Shown one piece after another: positions 37,301-48,391 of a stretch of 64,000 nucleotides of DNA (position 1 is its first letter; every line of letters starts with the position of its first letter). The stretch is from Fimbriosthenelais zetlandica. Lineage: Eukaryota. The notes beneath the pieces were generated by a model. The model was given only the letters and a program-made list of their open reading frames with translations. It did not search any database and was not told the DNA's origin. Position numbers and translations under genes: made by a program. The stretch is from assembly GCA_977030845.1 (NCBI GenBank), contig OZ365111.1, positions 9,982,001 through 10,046,000 on the forward strand, read 5' to 3'.

Positions 37301-40300
37301 AAATAGGTGAGGTGGAAGCAGGAGATACAAATTGCTTTCGGCATCTTGTGGCCAAAAGTTACAAATGGGCCACTTTCAATTTTGACAAGCGGCTAGACAT
37401 GCCGTGAGTGGGCTGGAAATGGACATTAATGAAGTTAATTAATGGGAGACATGTTTGTTTCTCTACATAATGTCGATTATTTGACAAAGTTTGCCTAATA
37501 TTTGAGCATGTGCATTTAGCTTCAGATGAGCCTGAAAATTGAAGTAAATTGATCGGATCCAACTTGATATCAAAACATGTCCAATGTCATTGGCAAATTG
37601 AATGATGTCTGCAGTCAGAATTCGCATTAACCATCTATGGCTTGGGAAGATTCTACTGCATATTCCAACCACAAATCAATAAGCGGCACGTCTGGCTCGC
37701 AAACTTCAATGTATCCACAAAGCTTATGTATAAATTATACTGTCTGGATGAGATGGTGTGGAAATGTGAGCATTTAATGTTCTATCGCCCAGTTCTAATG
37801 GGACTAACAACAAAGGACATTGATCAGTGGTATGGAATAGCCACCATAATAATGAGCTCCATCTCCTATAGACCAATACTGTTCTGCTTGGAGCCTGCTT
37901 AATTACAAGGGTATTCACAGATATTCGAGGAGGATGGTAGATATGACGAAAAAAAATGCCGGCGCTGAAGCGCATTAGTTGAGCCTTAATCTGGGAAGTT
38001 ACTTATCGCTATTAATCCGAGCACTTAAGCCTCCCATGGGCTTTATCATCCCCTTGAAATAGATTTACTATAGAACTACCAGGAACCTGTGAGCTTTGGT
38101 TCATTGACAGTTAATATTCAATAACACTATTCCCCTACCTTCCCACATTGGAAGTAGAAAATTTATATGTAAAAGCAATGGATTCCACAATTTTCTCTGT
38201 TAATTTTTCCTAGAAAGAACTGCAGTTAGAGAATGTGAAAGACAAAGGGAATGATTGTCTCATTTATGGACAATAGAAAATTATTTGAATTACAATTGCC
38301 TTTCATGCCGAGTTGAATTTGTCCTGCTTTGTTCATAAAATGAATGCCATATTAATGTTTTTTGGAACGAAGTCAAATACAATCTGCTGGCATAAAGCAT
38401 GAATCCATGTAAGAAATGAATCGATTAAAACGATGAAGATGATAAGGTCAATGACAAAAATCTCCTACATCTGTTTTAATGTTCACAGCATAGACCTTGG
38501 AGAGGGGCAATAACTTTGAATATACATTGTAGTCCCATTCAAACAAATTGAACTGTTTCAACACTAACTTGAAAGGACTATTTTACCTTGACTTTTAAAA
38601 GCCAACCTTTCTTGATAATGTAATGACAGTAATATATAAAAAAAAAACATCTAAGGTTTTTCAAAGCAGAAGTTGAAATTCAAAAATATAATTATCCATA
38701 GCCCTTTGGCATCAGTAAAATGTTGAACATTTCCAGAACCATTAGAGATGTCTCTTCTGAGTATAAAAAATTGTGATTGATTTATTTTAAACATTATATA
38801 TGGTCATCTAATTGACAGGCCTTTTAGTGATGGGTCTTACGTGCATGGATAATGTATAGAATTGACTATTGGTCAGGAGGGGAGGTTAAATGAACTCGTC
38901 AAGCACTCTGGCTATGACAGCCATGCTACACACTCTCTATGTACATGCATAGCTTGGTCGTTGCGGCGGCAGCAGGCCCTGGTCAGGAACCATCTGGCGG
39001 TTCATCTCGGTCATGGATCCTCCTCTATCCCATTCTCCTCCACCTCCTACTCCTCCTCATCATCATCACAAGCCTTTGGGTGTGATGTCTTTTGTCAGGA
39101 GGAACATAGCACAGAGCTGGCTACACTAGTGCTAGCCTTGTCCTGAGCTTCATTGGTCAGGTACATGATTGACTGAGCCAGAGGAGGGGGCCCTCTCTCT
39201 CTCTCTCTCTCTCTCTCCCCATGTCCTCTCAGTACTCATTTAACAGTTCTGTATTATAGGACTGCTTTAGTTACCTTTATGCCAGTTGTATAGGATAAAG
39301 GTTCAGTGGGATGTTGATTGGGATCTGGTACTACATTGGAATATTATAATGAAAGTTACTCTGAAAGCCTGACTAATAACTTCTCTTGGAGGACGATTTG
39401 CATTAGAAACTAAGAAATTTAATTCACTCCAGCGTAACAGAATTTGAGACATTTAAAAGGAAATAAAAGGAAACCACAAGGCTAAAGGTGGTTAACAGTG
39501 AATTTCCGGGAAAAGCCTGAAGGATTCAATTTCATTCCCTGACAGGTACATCACAGTTTACTATAGGCTCCTTTCATTGACATTTCACAGTAAGAATGTC
39601 ATGATTTCGGTGTGTTTTTTTTAATTATAAAAAACAATTTTGTCACTGAAGGATAGAAAGATTTTTGGGAAATATTGCCATGAGGCTGTTCTCTGAGCTT
39701 TTGATTTTATGAGGTTCTGGTGAACTAGACGAATGTGTGAGGCCAACAGCTGAGACGACGTGTTTGCCGTCCCCAGACGAAAATAGTTTGCTTTGGTGTT
39801 TTTTGCCGTGGATGTGTACCAGTCTGTGCTGTGTATAATGTTATAAAACTCAGAGTTTGTCTGTCATGTAACATCCAGCCAAGATCCAATTAGACCACTT
39901 CTTTAATGGACTTACTAAATATTATATCGTACCTTCCTGTCCAAAGGACTTTATCTTCAGTTTTGTTGAAGAACACATGTTAGCCTACTCAAGCTTGAGT
40001 GGTTATTCAAGATATTCCCACAGTTTCACTGATATGCAATTTACTAGGTTCGAAGACTGAAACTGGGGAAATGGCTACGGATCTGAATTGTCTGACCCTG
40101 ACTCACAAGTATCAGATTTCCATCCGGCCTTATAAGTGCCCTCAGGACCACGAGAAACTTGACATCAATGTCAAGTCTTTGGTTCACCTTTTCGAGACTG
40201 ACGACAGTAACTCTGAGAGTTCATTTGAAGACAACAAAAGTGTTTATGCGGATGAGATACATGTGAGATCCAACCCTTCCCTGAACAGTGAGGATTATGG

Positions 40301-43300
40301 GGAGACTGGGAGTGCACGGAAGCTACCTCTCAGTGGTTGCTCCAGCTCGGAACTCCCTGACATCGTGGTCTGCTCCGAGGGTAAATCAAATGACCTCAGT
40401 GATGTGGATTATGAAGATGATTTCTACAAACCGGTCCCCATCCTACCACCCAGGGTTCCCACTACTGGCAGCGACCCCAACAAGAGAAAACAACCAAGAC
40501 AGGTTCGCTTCCTACCCGAGTCCCAGAGGTCTCCCAGAGACATTGATAGCGACAACACAGAGGGTAGTAACCTGTCCTTAGACAGAAATGGATCCTACTG
40601 TGGCTCAGTTGAATCTTCTGATCTTGAATATTGCATTGAACCAGCTGATTCCTCGCTCCTGGAAGCCCTGAAGGACATCCTGGACAAAACCTCCCATTAC
40701 AAGCAGAACCTTTACCATTCCAAGGACAAAAAGGTCAGGAGGGTCAAGCTGAAGGAGAAATCCAGCATTCCCACCAGACCTTTCCAAGAGAAAGTCCAGG
40801 AGATTTTCACACCTAATGCTGGTAGAACATGCAACCAATATTCCTGTGGTGCTGAGGGGAAAGAGAATGTAGCCAAGGGAGCCTGCTGGGCTAACAACAG
40901 TGGCCATGGTGATTATGTGGCACCTGCTTATAGTGTGGACGGATCTCGGGTCATCACTCCCTCCAATACGGTCACCTTTGATAACCCTCCTGGTCAGTCG
41001 TCCTCAGATACCCTCTCTGCAGATGAGGAGGATCTGACCAAGAAATTAGATGTCCACAATTATGCCGGCCATTATCAGAAAAAAGAGGTTGGTCTCAGTC
41101 CCACATTTTGCAATTTTAATTGTCATGCTCTTCAGTGGGCCAACATATGATATAATTAACAAAATATGCAGTTGATTATTCTGCAAGTAGCCAAACGTTA
41201 AATTATAGTTTTCCGTTAACAAAATCAGAAGGTGTTTCACAAAGTATCTTTCCTTCTAAAATGGGCTACCCTGTTTTCATTGGTATAAATTATGTTTATT
41301 GCATTGTCTTCTTATCATCCATGTCAAAATGAATTATCAGTCACATGTTTGAATATTTACTTCTCCTGGATCAACAGAGGCTCTATGGTCGCAACAAAGC
41401 TTTGGCAAAGACATACAAACCAGTTGTTTCGGAGTTGCACAACACCCTGAAAAAGTCTCTCTCTGGTCCATCCTGCTCCCAACATAAACACCGACCAGAA
41501 ATATATGAGATTCGCAACGCCCAACAACCAGCCCTTGCTGGGAAGCAGGATTCTGTCTTCCATTTAACATTTGGACCATTGAATAGGAAGAATACTTTTG
41601 CAACGAAGAAGCGACAGGTACCGTATAGCAGGCAAATATTTCTGCAGAATGCAAACCCTGGCTTTGGTTGTAGGCCCCCGCTGACTGAACATTTGGTAGG
41701 CCTACATTGCTTTGGGTTCTGCCAAAAAACAGTCCATTCTACAAGACTGCATGTTTTTTATTCCTCTTTTGGTTAATAGGGATATTACGGTATCGCAGGT
41801 TTTTGATACATCTGGGAAGCCTTTGATAAGCCTATTCTTGATTGAAATGTATCACGTTTTTGCATGATGATGGTATGGTTGGCCATGATGTGGCATATGC
41901 ATGATGCGGTAATCATAGGTTCATGGGTTGACTTTTTGTTCAGTAATTGGTCTCTATACATCATTAGTATACTCCAGATGTGTATTTTTGTTAGGGACTT
42001 AATTCGCCTAAAGCATTTAGGTTCATAGATGTTAGTAACATCATTCAAGCAAGCATGCAATGAATAGTTCTTTGTCACACCATCGTCAGAGACTTACCCT
42101 GACCTTGAGCATACAATAATCTTTGCAAATGAGTTCCCTTCCCTCTCCCTCCCTTAATGTCTTCAAGTCCTGAGAGTGCTTTGTTAATGGGGTTAAATCT
42201 CTGAATGAGATAATGGGATAAGTCTTATGAATGAAAGAGGTGGAGCTGTCTTAATAAGAACTATAGTGATTGGTGTATCATAAAGATTTATTTAAAAAAA
42301 AACACCAATAGAGCACTGCTCGAAACAGTTGGGAACGACAAGTTGCTGACCTCCATTTTTCACCACCATTTTTTTTGTGCGGTGGACCCAGGTGTGATGG
42401 TAGATTTTGAGGGAGCTGGGAGGTGGGAGGAAGAAGCTTTCAATATGTAAGTAACCTCTTGGTTTTAATCCATAGAACACCCGAGACATGCACCTCATCT
42501 CGTTCACAACGTGAACCTCCGAGACCAGATGGGAGGAGCACTGGCATGATTGGTCACAACTGGTGTCATGGCAACACATGTCTCCCTCTCTTACAACTCT
42601 CTCATACAAGACAGGGATTTAGACGAAAGCCTCTAGGCCTACACCATCTCTTGAGACAAGATGATATTTTTTGCTGCCGAGATGATTTCAATATTTGTTC
42701 AAGTTTCCACTTGGCTCTTTCCGGATCACTCCAAATCTGGACAGAGGAGAAACACCAGTGGAGAAGGAAGTAATTAACCAAGGTTCATTAGGCCAAAACG
42801 TTTCGTAATTTGAGCACAAGGATTGTATCTTGTACAGTGGCACAGTGGACCTTCATACCTTATTCTGTCCTCAGAAAATCAGACCCAAACCAAGCGAGGA
42901 TAGCAGGGCAGTTTCATCCCAAAGAAGATCAATCTCTGGGCTTGGAAGGACCTGGAAAGGGGGTCTAAATGAGCTACAAAAACCTGTTGCCACAGTTTAC
43001 CAGGAGAGCTCCTGGATAATTGCCTTCAATCGAATCATTATCTAATTAAGGACCTGGAGCTAGATGTCCGTGGCCCGAGCCAATCATCAATCAATTGTAT
43101 TAACTTGTCGTAGGTCGGCAGCTGCCGTGCTCTGGTATTGTTATTAGGATCCAGTTTGAGGGGAGGGCAATGAGGCTATGCCATAAGACGAGACAAACAA
43201 AGCACTCTATAATACTAATACATGACTAAAATGTTTCTCTCTTCAAGAATGTACACTTTTGATATATCTTGAGATTAGTTATGATCCTACTGTGGAGATA

Positions 43301-46300
43301 TAGGATTCTCTTTGGTTTTCCCTGAATTCTGCCATGAGTTTTGTGTACTCTCTCTGCTTCTTGACCTGCATGCTGGAATGGGATTTCTCTCTACGTTATC
43401 TAGATTGATTCCCAGGTCGAGTAAGAAGAAGAACAAGGTGAGAGATCTATAGTGTGAGAGGTTGTGATTGATTGAGGGAATGTTGCTTGCCTTCTACGTG
43501 GGCGAACACATTCAAATATTTTAAACTTTTTTTAACAAAAGGTAATTTGGTGTTGGTTTTAATGATTTCAGAGTCTGGATGGGGAAAATGTCATTAATTA
43601 GTCCTTCAATAAAATATTAATGAGATTTTTAAAATTAGTCTTTTTAAGGATTCAAGTTATTAGTGTTTACCTCGTGTGATTATTGGTTTAAAGGAAAAGT
43701 CGGAAGACGATTAAAATATTACTTTATTATTTGTGTTGTGAATAATTTCAATTTTCTATTGGAATTTTCTATTCAACAGATTTGCAAACTTAGAAGACAA
43801 TTTCAGGAAGGAATTTGTTTGGTTTTTTTTTCTAGAAAAAAATATAATTTTGTCAAATATATTTTCCAGGAATCAAGTTTAGAGGGGACCAATCTTGATT
43901 TCTCAGTTCTCCAGGTAAGATATATTTATTTTTGAAATTTTATGTGTTTGTGCTTTCCATGGAGGCCTAAAAGTCATCTTTAAAACTTTTAAAAATGCGA
44001 AACAAACTAAAGGAGTATGATTTTATTTCAGGGATCCCAGCCACTGAACCATGATGTCACCAAACAGAGGGTCAGTCTACGTCAGAAAGGATCCCTCGCC
44101 CAACGGCGCCGTCCAACACGAAACAGTATACGATCCCGCTCCCGATCTGACTACGACAAATTCCAGGACTCCACAGGTATGTGTCTCTTGGAGCTCAAGA
44201 ATTTTATTTACTTTTCCTATACATGTATTATGTTATGAAAATGTAGGGTCTATCATATTGGAAGTGGTGTTAGTCAGGAAGCAGAATCTCAATAATCGGG
44301 TTTCGCTAAACAATTTGAATGGAGATTGCCAACAAGTACTAACATGGAGTATATAATATGGACTGGGCTTTCTGAAAATTATTGTGTCATTGTGTATGGG
44401 TATGGGTCATCTATAGAAAAACTTCAGGTTAATAAGACAAAAGAAACAAAAGAATGTCTGCTAAGGCTGTACCTATTTATGTATGATATCGGTAGTTCCT
44501 CATAATCCTCACAGGATTTGTTTCCTATATAGATTTACTTTAATTTGACCAAATGATCTTCAACAATTTTCAAAATTCTTACCGTATTTTGAATTCTGGT
44601 ACTCAGAACCTAAGCCTGAACGTTCTCGAAGAGAAGAGGAAGAGGAGGAGATTGTGGAGCGGAGGGACCATGACCTTCATCAGATGTCAGTCACGTCACA
44701 TGGGGGCACACCGACCAATGCCAGCATTAAACCCGTCCTACTGCCTGGTCTGGGCGACCACATTAAGGTATCCCCTCACATTTTATATCTAAATATTTAT
44801 GGTTATATATGCGATCGGTTACTCTATCAACTGGGGACCACCACCGTGGTGTAGTGGTTAGAGTATCTGCCCCATTTGTGGACGGTCGCCGGTTCCAACC
44901 GCGGCCGGGTGAAACCGATATAAAGACTTAAATATTGGTACTAACTTTAGCTTGGCACTCAGCAGTAACAGGAGAGTACTAGGACTGGTTTGCCTGGTGT
45001 GAGGATAATTTGACTGGGTGAGGTATTTTGTCATGTGCCTGGGACGTGATACCTCAGTGAGGCTGCACTATAAAAGAGCATAGGACATTAAACCCCATTT
45101 AACAAACAGACAGAGAGCCATATACCTATGGTTATTAAGCAATGCAAATTAGCAATGCTGACAACTTGGAATACTAAATTAATAGGTCTTCTGCCCTTGT
45201 GTCTACCTTTAGATGTACTTTCAAAGTCAGTTCATGACTTAATTTTGAAATAGAAGTTAGCAGCTCGTATATCTTTCTACGTTTTACAGTGCAAGGTAGC
45301 AATTCTATTATTCTGACATTAATCCTTACATTGCAGAAAAGGACAAAGGACCCTAAACCCATCCCGAAAACTTTCGACCGTCCAAAACCGCCAGTGGAGA
45401 ACACAAGTCCTTCATGGATGACTGAGATCAAGCTGAGACGAGGGTCACGGTCCAATAAAGCTCCACAAGATCAGCCTGCTGGTGGAAGCACTGAGCTCGA
45501 GTCATCTCCAAGCTGGATGAAAGATGTTCTCACCAAGAAAAAACGTCCTACTGATGTGATTGAAAGGTGTTGTAAGTATCGATATAGTCCCTTCTACTGC
45601 TATCTAGTTTGTATTTACACTTGGCTGATCAAATTCACCATTGCCTTTCATCAGCCAGTGCTACTAACTGGGATATCTAAGACGTTAAACCCCATTCAAT
45701 CTAACAATCACTATGGCTCCCACTGCCTGCATGTGGTGAAGGCCATTGCCGCCGCTCGAGAAGAGCAGGCCATTATGTGCTAACAGCGTGTTTCCTTCCT
45801 GCCCTGTAACTGACTGGACATTAAATGAATACTAACTCACTCTGAAAAAAAACAGTGTAGGCCTAGGTGTACGAAATACAACATAAAATCATTGAAATGT
45901 ATTTATTTCTATGATAAAATCATGTCCTGCATATTGTTTATTTTGCAGCGTCCCAACAAGTTGAGACTGAACAGCCCACTGTGCCGCCATGGATGAAAGA
46001 ATTACGACGTTCAAGTCGATCTATAACACACGCTACGCTCAACAATAACGGCCACCAGCAGGCGCCACCCAGCGAGCCTGACGTCACTGTAGCCAACATG
46101 AACGCTTCTAACACTCACATGGCCGACTCGCCCCGCTATAGTAACGGTCGGTTAAGGAGCCGTGAGGTGCTCGCTCCTTTACAGAGCAGCTCAGATGATA
46201 ATTCGGCCTTGTCTACAGTTAATGATAACAACCGACTCTCCTCCTCAACCTCATCCTCCTGCTCCTCACCCTCCAACAGACAAAGTAACGGACATGTGGG

Positions 46301-48391
46301 GTTAGAGGATAGCAGGATGCACCAAGCCCATCCTCCTAGTAAAACGTCCCCCAGCACAGTTGCTCCCCATGATAATCAAGGTAAATCTATATTTGAAAGT
46401 TTTCCTAAAATCTGTTCATATTATGACAATTAATGAGAATGAGAATGAAAATGGTTTATTTGACCCACAGTGTAAAGTGTATGTCAACACCTTGTTAACA
46501 GTTAATTATCCAATACTTTTATACATTTTTCTTATGAAGCTACACATTTTTCCGGTGGCATTATCTCTATATATTAACCTTTACAGTTTGGTTGTATATT
46601 GAGTAAATTCTACTGGTCTTCCTTTAAAGTTTTCGCAAATGCAAAATATCCCTCCTAAAATCTATTTCTGATTTGACTTACTGTCGAATCTAACTTTTAT
46701 CCAAATGTAGTAACACTATTTTCAAGTGCTATTCCTTTTTCTGTTTCAGAAAACACAGAGTCTCCAGTGCCTGCATGGAGGATGGAAATAGCTCTCAGGC
46801 GGAAGAGCAAGACCCATGTGCCTGCTGTCAAACCTGATAGTCCAATGAGACTTGGTGAAACACCGGCCTGGAAGCGCGAGCTGCTGGAGCGAAACAAAAC
46901 CAAGAAGAGGGAAAGTGTTGATATTCAAACGGTGAGTGACGATGTTTTAGTTAAATCTTTTTCACTCTGTGAATTCAGGTCTGTCAGAGCAAAGCCGTGC
47001 CACCCATAATGTGAGGTGGCACGCAAGTATCTTATTTTCCGCCAACTATCTACGGTAATGTGTTTCTAGACTGAAGTTTTCCCATTGGGTAAATGAGTAA
47101 CATGCTGATTCGAATTGAATTTCATTAAAGTTGTCAGTTACACTTTGTGGCTTCCATAAGTGTAAGTTTCAACATAATTGTTCTGAATGGATGCATAAAT
47201 CATTGGTCTTATGTTTTTGTTTTGTTTATGTTTTTGTTATTTGTTCCCTCTAGCCTCCTTCGCCCGCCACCATTACTGAGACTTCCCCCAGCCTGATGCC
47301 GTGGCAACAAGAATTGGCAGATAGACGAAGGCGATCTGCCATCACACGACGTAAGTATAACTCAACTTGAAATAAATTTGGATAAGTTTCCACAATTTTA
47401 AGTAGCATTGAACTTTGAACAGAGGTAGGGATCAGCTCTGTACATTTTGAAAAATTATTGATTTAGTACCAGGTACACCAGAGTCAGTCAAGTAACGATG
47501 GCTTTATGATAAAACTTTGATTTTCAGAACCAACACTAGAGTCTTCTAGGTACAAGTCAAACGCACTAACTCCAGAATGGACCCGAACTGTTCAGCAAAG
47601 AAGAGCAAGGCTAGCAGGTAGGTCACTATTTAAATTGTTAGGAAATTTAAATAAGACAAAATGTGTGAGGCACCAATGTAAAATAAGCACATCAGTTACT
47701 AACATAAGAAATAAGATTCTATTAACACAGGTACAATGATCATTTGTATATAAATTAAGGAATTAAGATGTGGGCTAGATTGACGGATGAACACACTCTT
47801 CAAGATGCACTGAAAAGTCATACCCCAAACAAGAAAAACAGCAATATAAAAACAAAATCCAATTTTAAATGTACTTTAAAATGATAAATATTTCGTTTGG
47901 GCTTATGATAACAAGCTGTTTTTATGATTTGGAGTGGTATTAATCACTTTCAAGATAATGTGTTGTTTAGCCATCACTAACGTGTGGAAGGGACCCCTTT
48001 CTTTGCAGATAGTAGTGCCTCAGATTCATCAGGTATACAATTGATATTTCGATTGGGGAAAAAGAATGTGCAAAGCCTGCCAATTTTCCTTAACCAGGGT
48101 AGTTTTTCTCCTAGCGAAAAAAACCCCAAACCATACCTGAACTAAACTCTTTGTCCTGACATACCCCTGCTTGACTAACCCAATGTTGTCATTTTAACGT
48201 GTGACATATTATAGTGCTTCCTGGCAGGTATTGCTATGTATAAATGTTATTTATAATTATTCATCATTTGGTGACTGAAATCATTGCCCAGTCCCCGTTA
48301 TGCTTCATGAATAATAACAACCATAGTCGTGACTAACTTCTGATTCTCCGCTTGAATATTAACCTTTTCTCTGGCAGAGACAGTAATGTGA
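19371..48391 (+). CDS. TNKS1BP1 (TAB182)/KIAA1671-family protein with a Tankyrase_bdg_C-like domain, long isoform about 888 aa
   Basis: Exons: 19371-19547, 22416-22446, 27346-27401, 27607-27636, 29783-29944, 33616-33693, 34007-34714, 43870-43914, 44032-44176, 44607-44767, 45337-45571, 45949-46380, 46750-46931, 47254-47350, 47528-47617, 48009-48032, 48378-48391. All GT-AG, phases consistent, 2667 nt. LDFSVLQ..LNHDVTKQRVSLRQK..RRRP..FQDSTEP..VLLPGL..SPSWMTEIKLRR matches the ordered C-terminal motifs of TNKS1BP1/KIAA1671 (DFSF, RxxL.K...RAP, FQDSTE, FPG, SPxWL..LK.KK). The direct join from 34714 to 43870 is inferred. Confidence 0.8.
22990..23720 (-). mobile_element. Decayed Ngaro-like 3' fragment (YR C-terminus plus SGNH hydrolase ORF)
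   Basis: Frameshifted motifs HWGAGAAS..GIS, WLWPKETQWKEL, INVSRLPKR, GWTFI and KGTHV resemble the YR end and SGNH blocks found in Ngaro elements. Confidence 0.4.
23740..27200 (+). mobile_element. Decayed DIRS/Ngaro tyrosine-recombinase retrotransposon (gag-RT-RNase H-YR)
   Basis: Motifs occur in the expected order: RT ISAFRI (24893-24910) and DMLP; RNase H HIYDDLQLL..YA..NTNTV..NKSGWSR (from 26237); YR LCPV (26864), H..RRG (27007) and G*WSS (27067). Many stops and frameshifts. Confidence 0.65.
28648..28668. repeat. Poly-G tract (21 G)
   Basis: Read directly from the sequence. Confidence 0.9.
30140..30326 (+). mobile_element. Dispersed ~190-bp repeat (TTAA-ended MITE-like terminus), copy 2
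   Basis: Matches 13384-13571 in inverted orientation and ends CCCCTTTAAA. Confidence 0.7.
30330..31720 (+). pseudogene. Schlafen-like (SWADL region plus SF1 helicase) pseudogene inside an intron
   Basis: STP*LYS (30427) and LKQ (30533). Walker A LFGPQPWRGKTTL (about 30760-30798) and Walker B EHV*VDEAQ (to 31014) are in one frame about 70 aa apart. GYL..IF follows, then after the gap LERFGSKRTMVMAL (31593). Order and spacing parallel SLFN11/13 (STPILY, LKQKL, GLPGSGKT, HIVIDEAQ, RRFSGLERSIV). Multiple in-frame stops. Confidence 0.55.
31196..31376. other. Assembly gap (181 N) flanked by CT-rich low-complexity sequence
   Basis: Run of N. Confidence 0.99.
36725..36808. repeat. (TTCA)n microsatellite
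   Basis: Read directly from the sequence. Confidence 0.9.
40071..41087 (+). CDS. Candidate alternative first coding exon B of the TNKS1BP1/KIAA1671-like gene (339 aa, contains KQPRQVRF)
   Basis: Open 383-codon frame with acidic/Ser-rich coding-like composition. Start GAAATGG at 40071. Phase-0 donor GAG|GTTGGT at 41087 is compatible with the exon at 43870. The upstream acceptors are phase 1 and so cannot follow the exon ending at 34714. Confidence 0.65.
41345..41617 (+). CDS. Candidate alternative first coding exon C (91 aa)
   Basis: ATG at 41345, open to a phase-0 donor CAG|GTACCG at 41617. Confidence 0.35.
43378..43437 (+). CDS. Candidate alternative first coding exon E, MGFLSTLSRLIPRSSKKKNK
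   Basis: ATG at 43378, 20 codons, strong phase-0 donor AAG|GTGAGA, 430 bp upstream of the shared exon at 43870. Confidence 0.5.
44835..45112 (+). mobile_element. Second, more diverged copy of the tRNA-derived SINE, with an internal deletion near the 3' end
   Basis: Colinear with 15229-15559 (GGACCACC..GTGGTGTAGTGGTTAGAG...GATACCTCAGTGAGG..CACTATAAAAGAGCAT...TTAAACCCCATT). Confidence 0.85.

Noticed and set aside
42680-43045. Additional exons near 42.7-43.0 kb
   Set aside because: Coding-looking stretches exist, but no start or acceptor could be paired with a donor in a consistent phase with confidence.
19371-48391. Canonical tankyrase-binding motif RxxPDG in the scaffold protein
   Set aside because: None was found in the reconstructed exons. 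REPPRPDG (about 42510) has the wrong spacing and is not in a supported exon, so tankyrase binding is not claimed.
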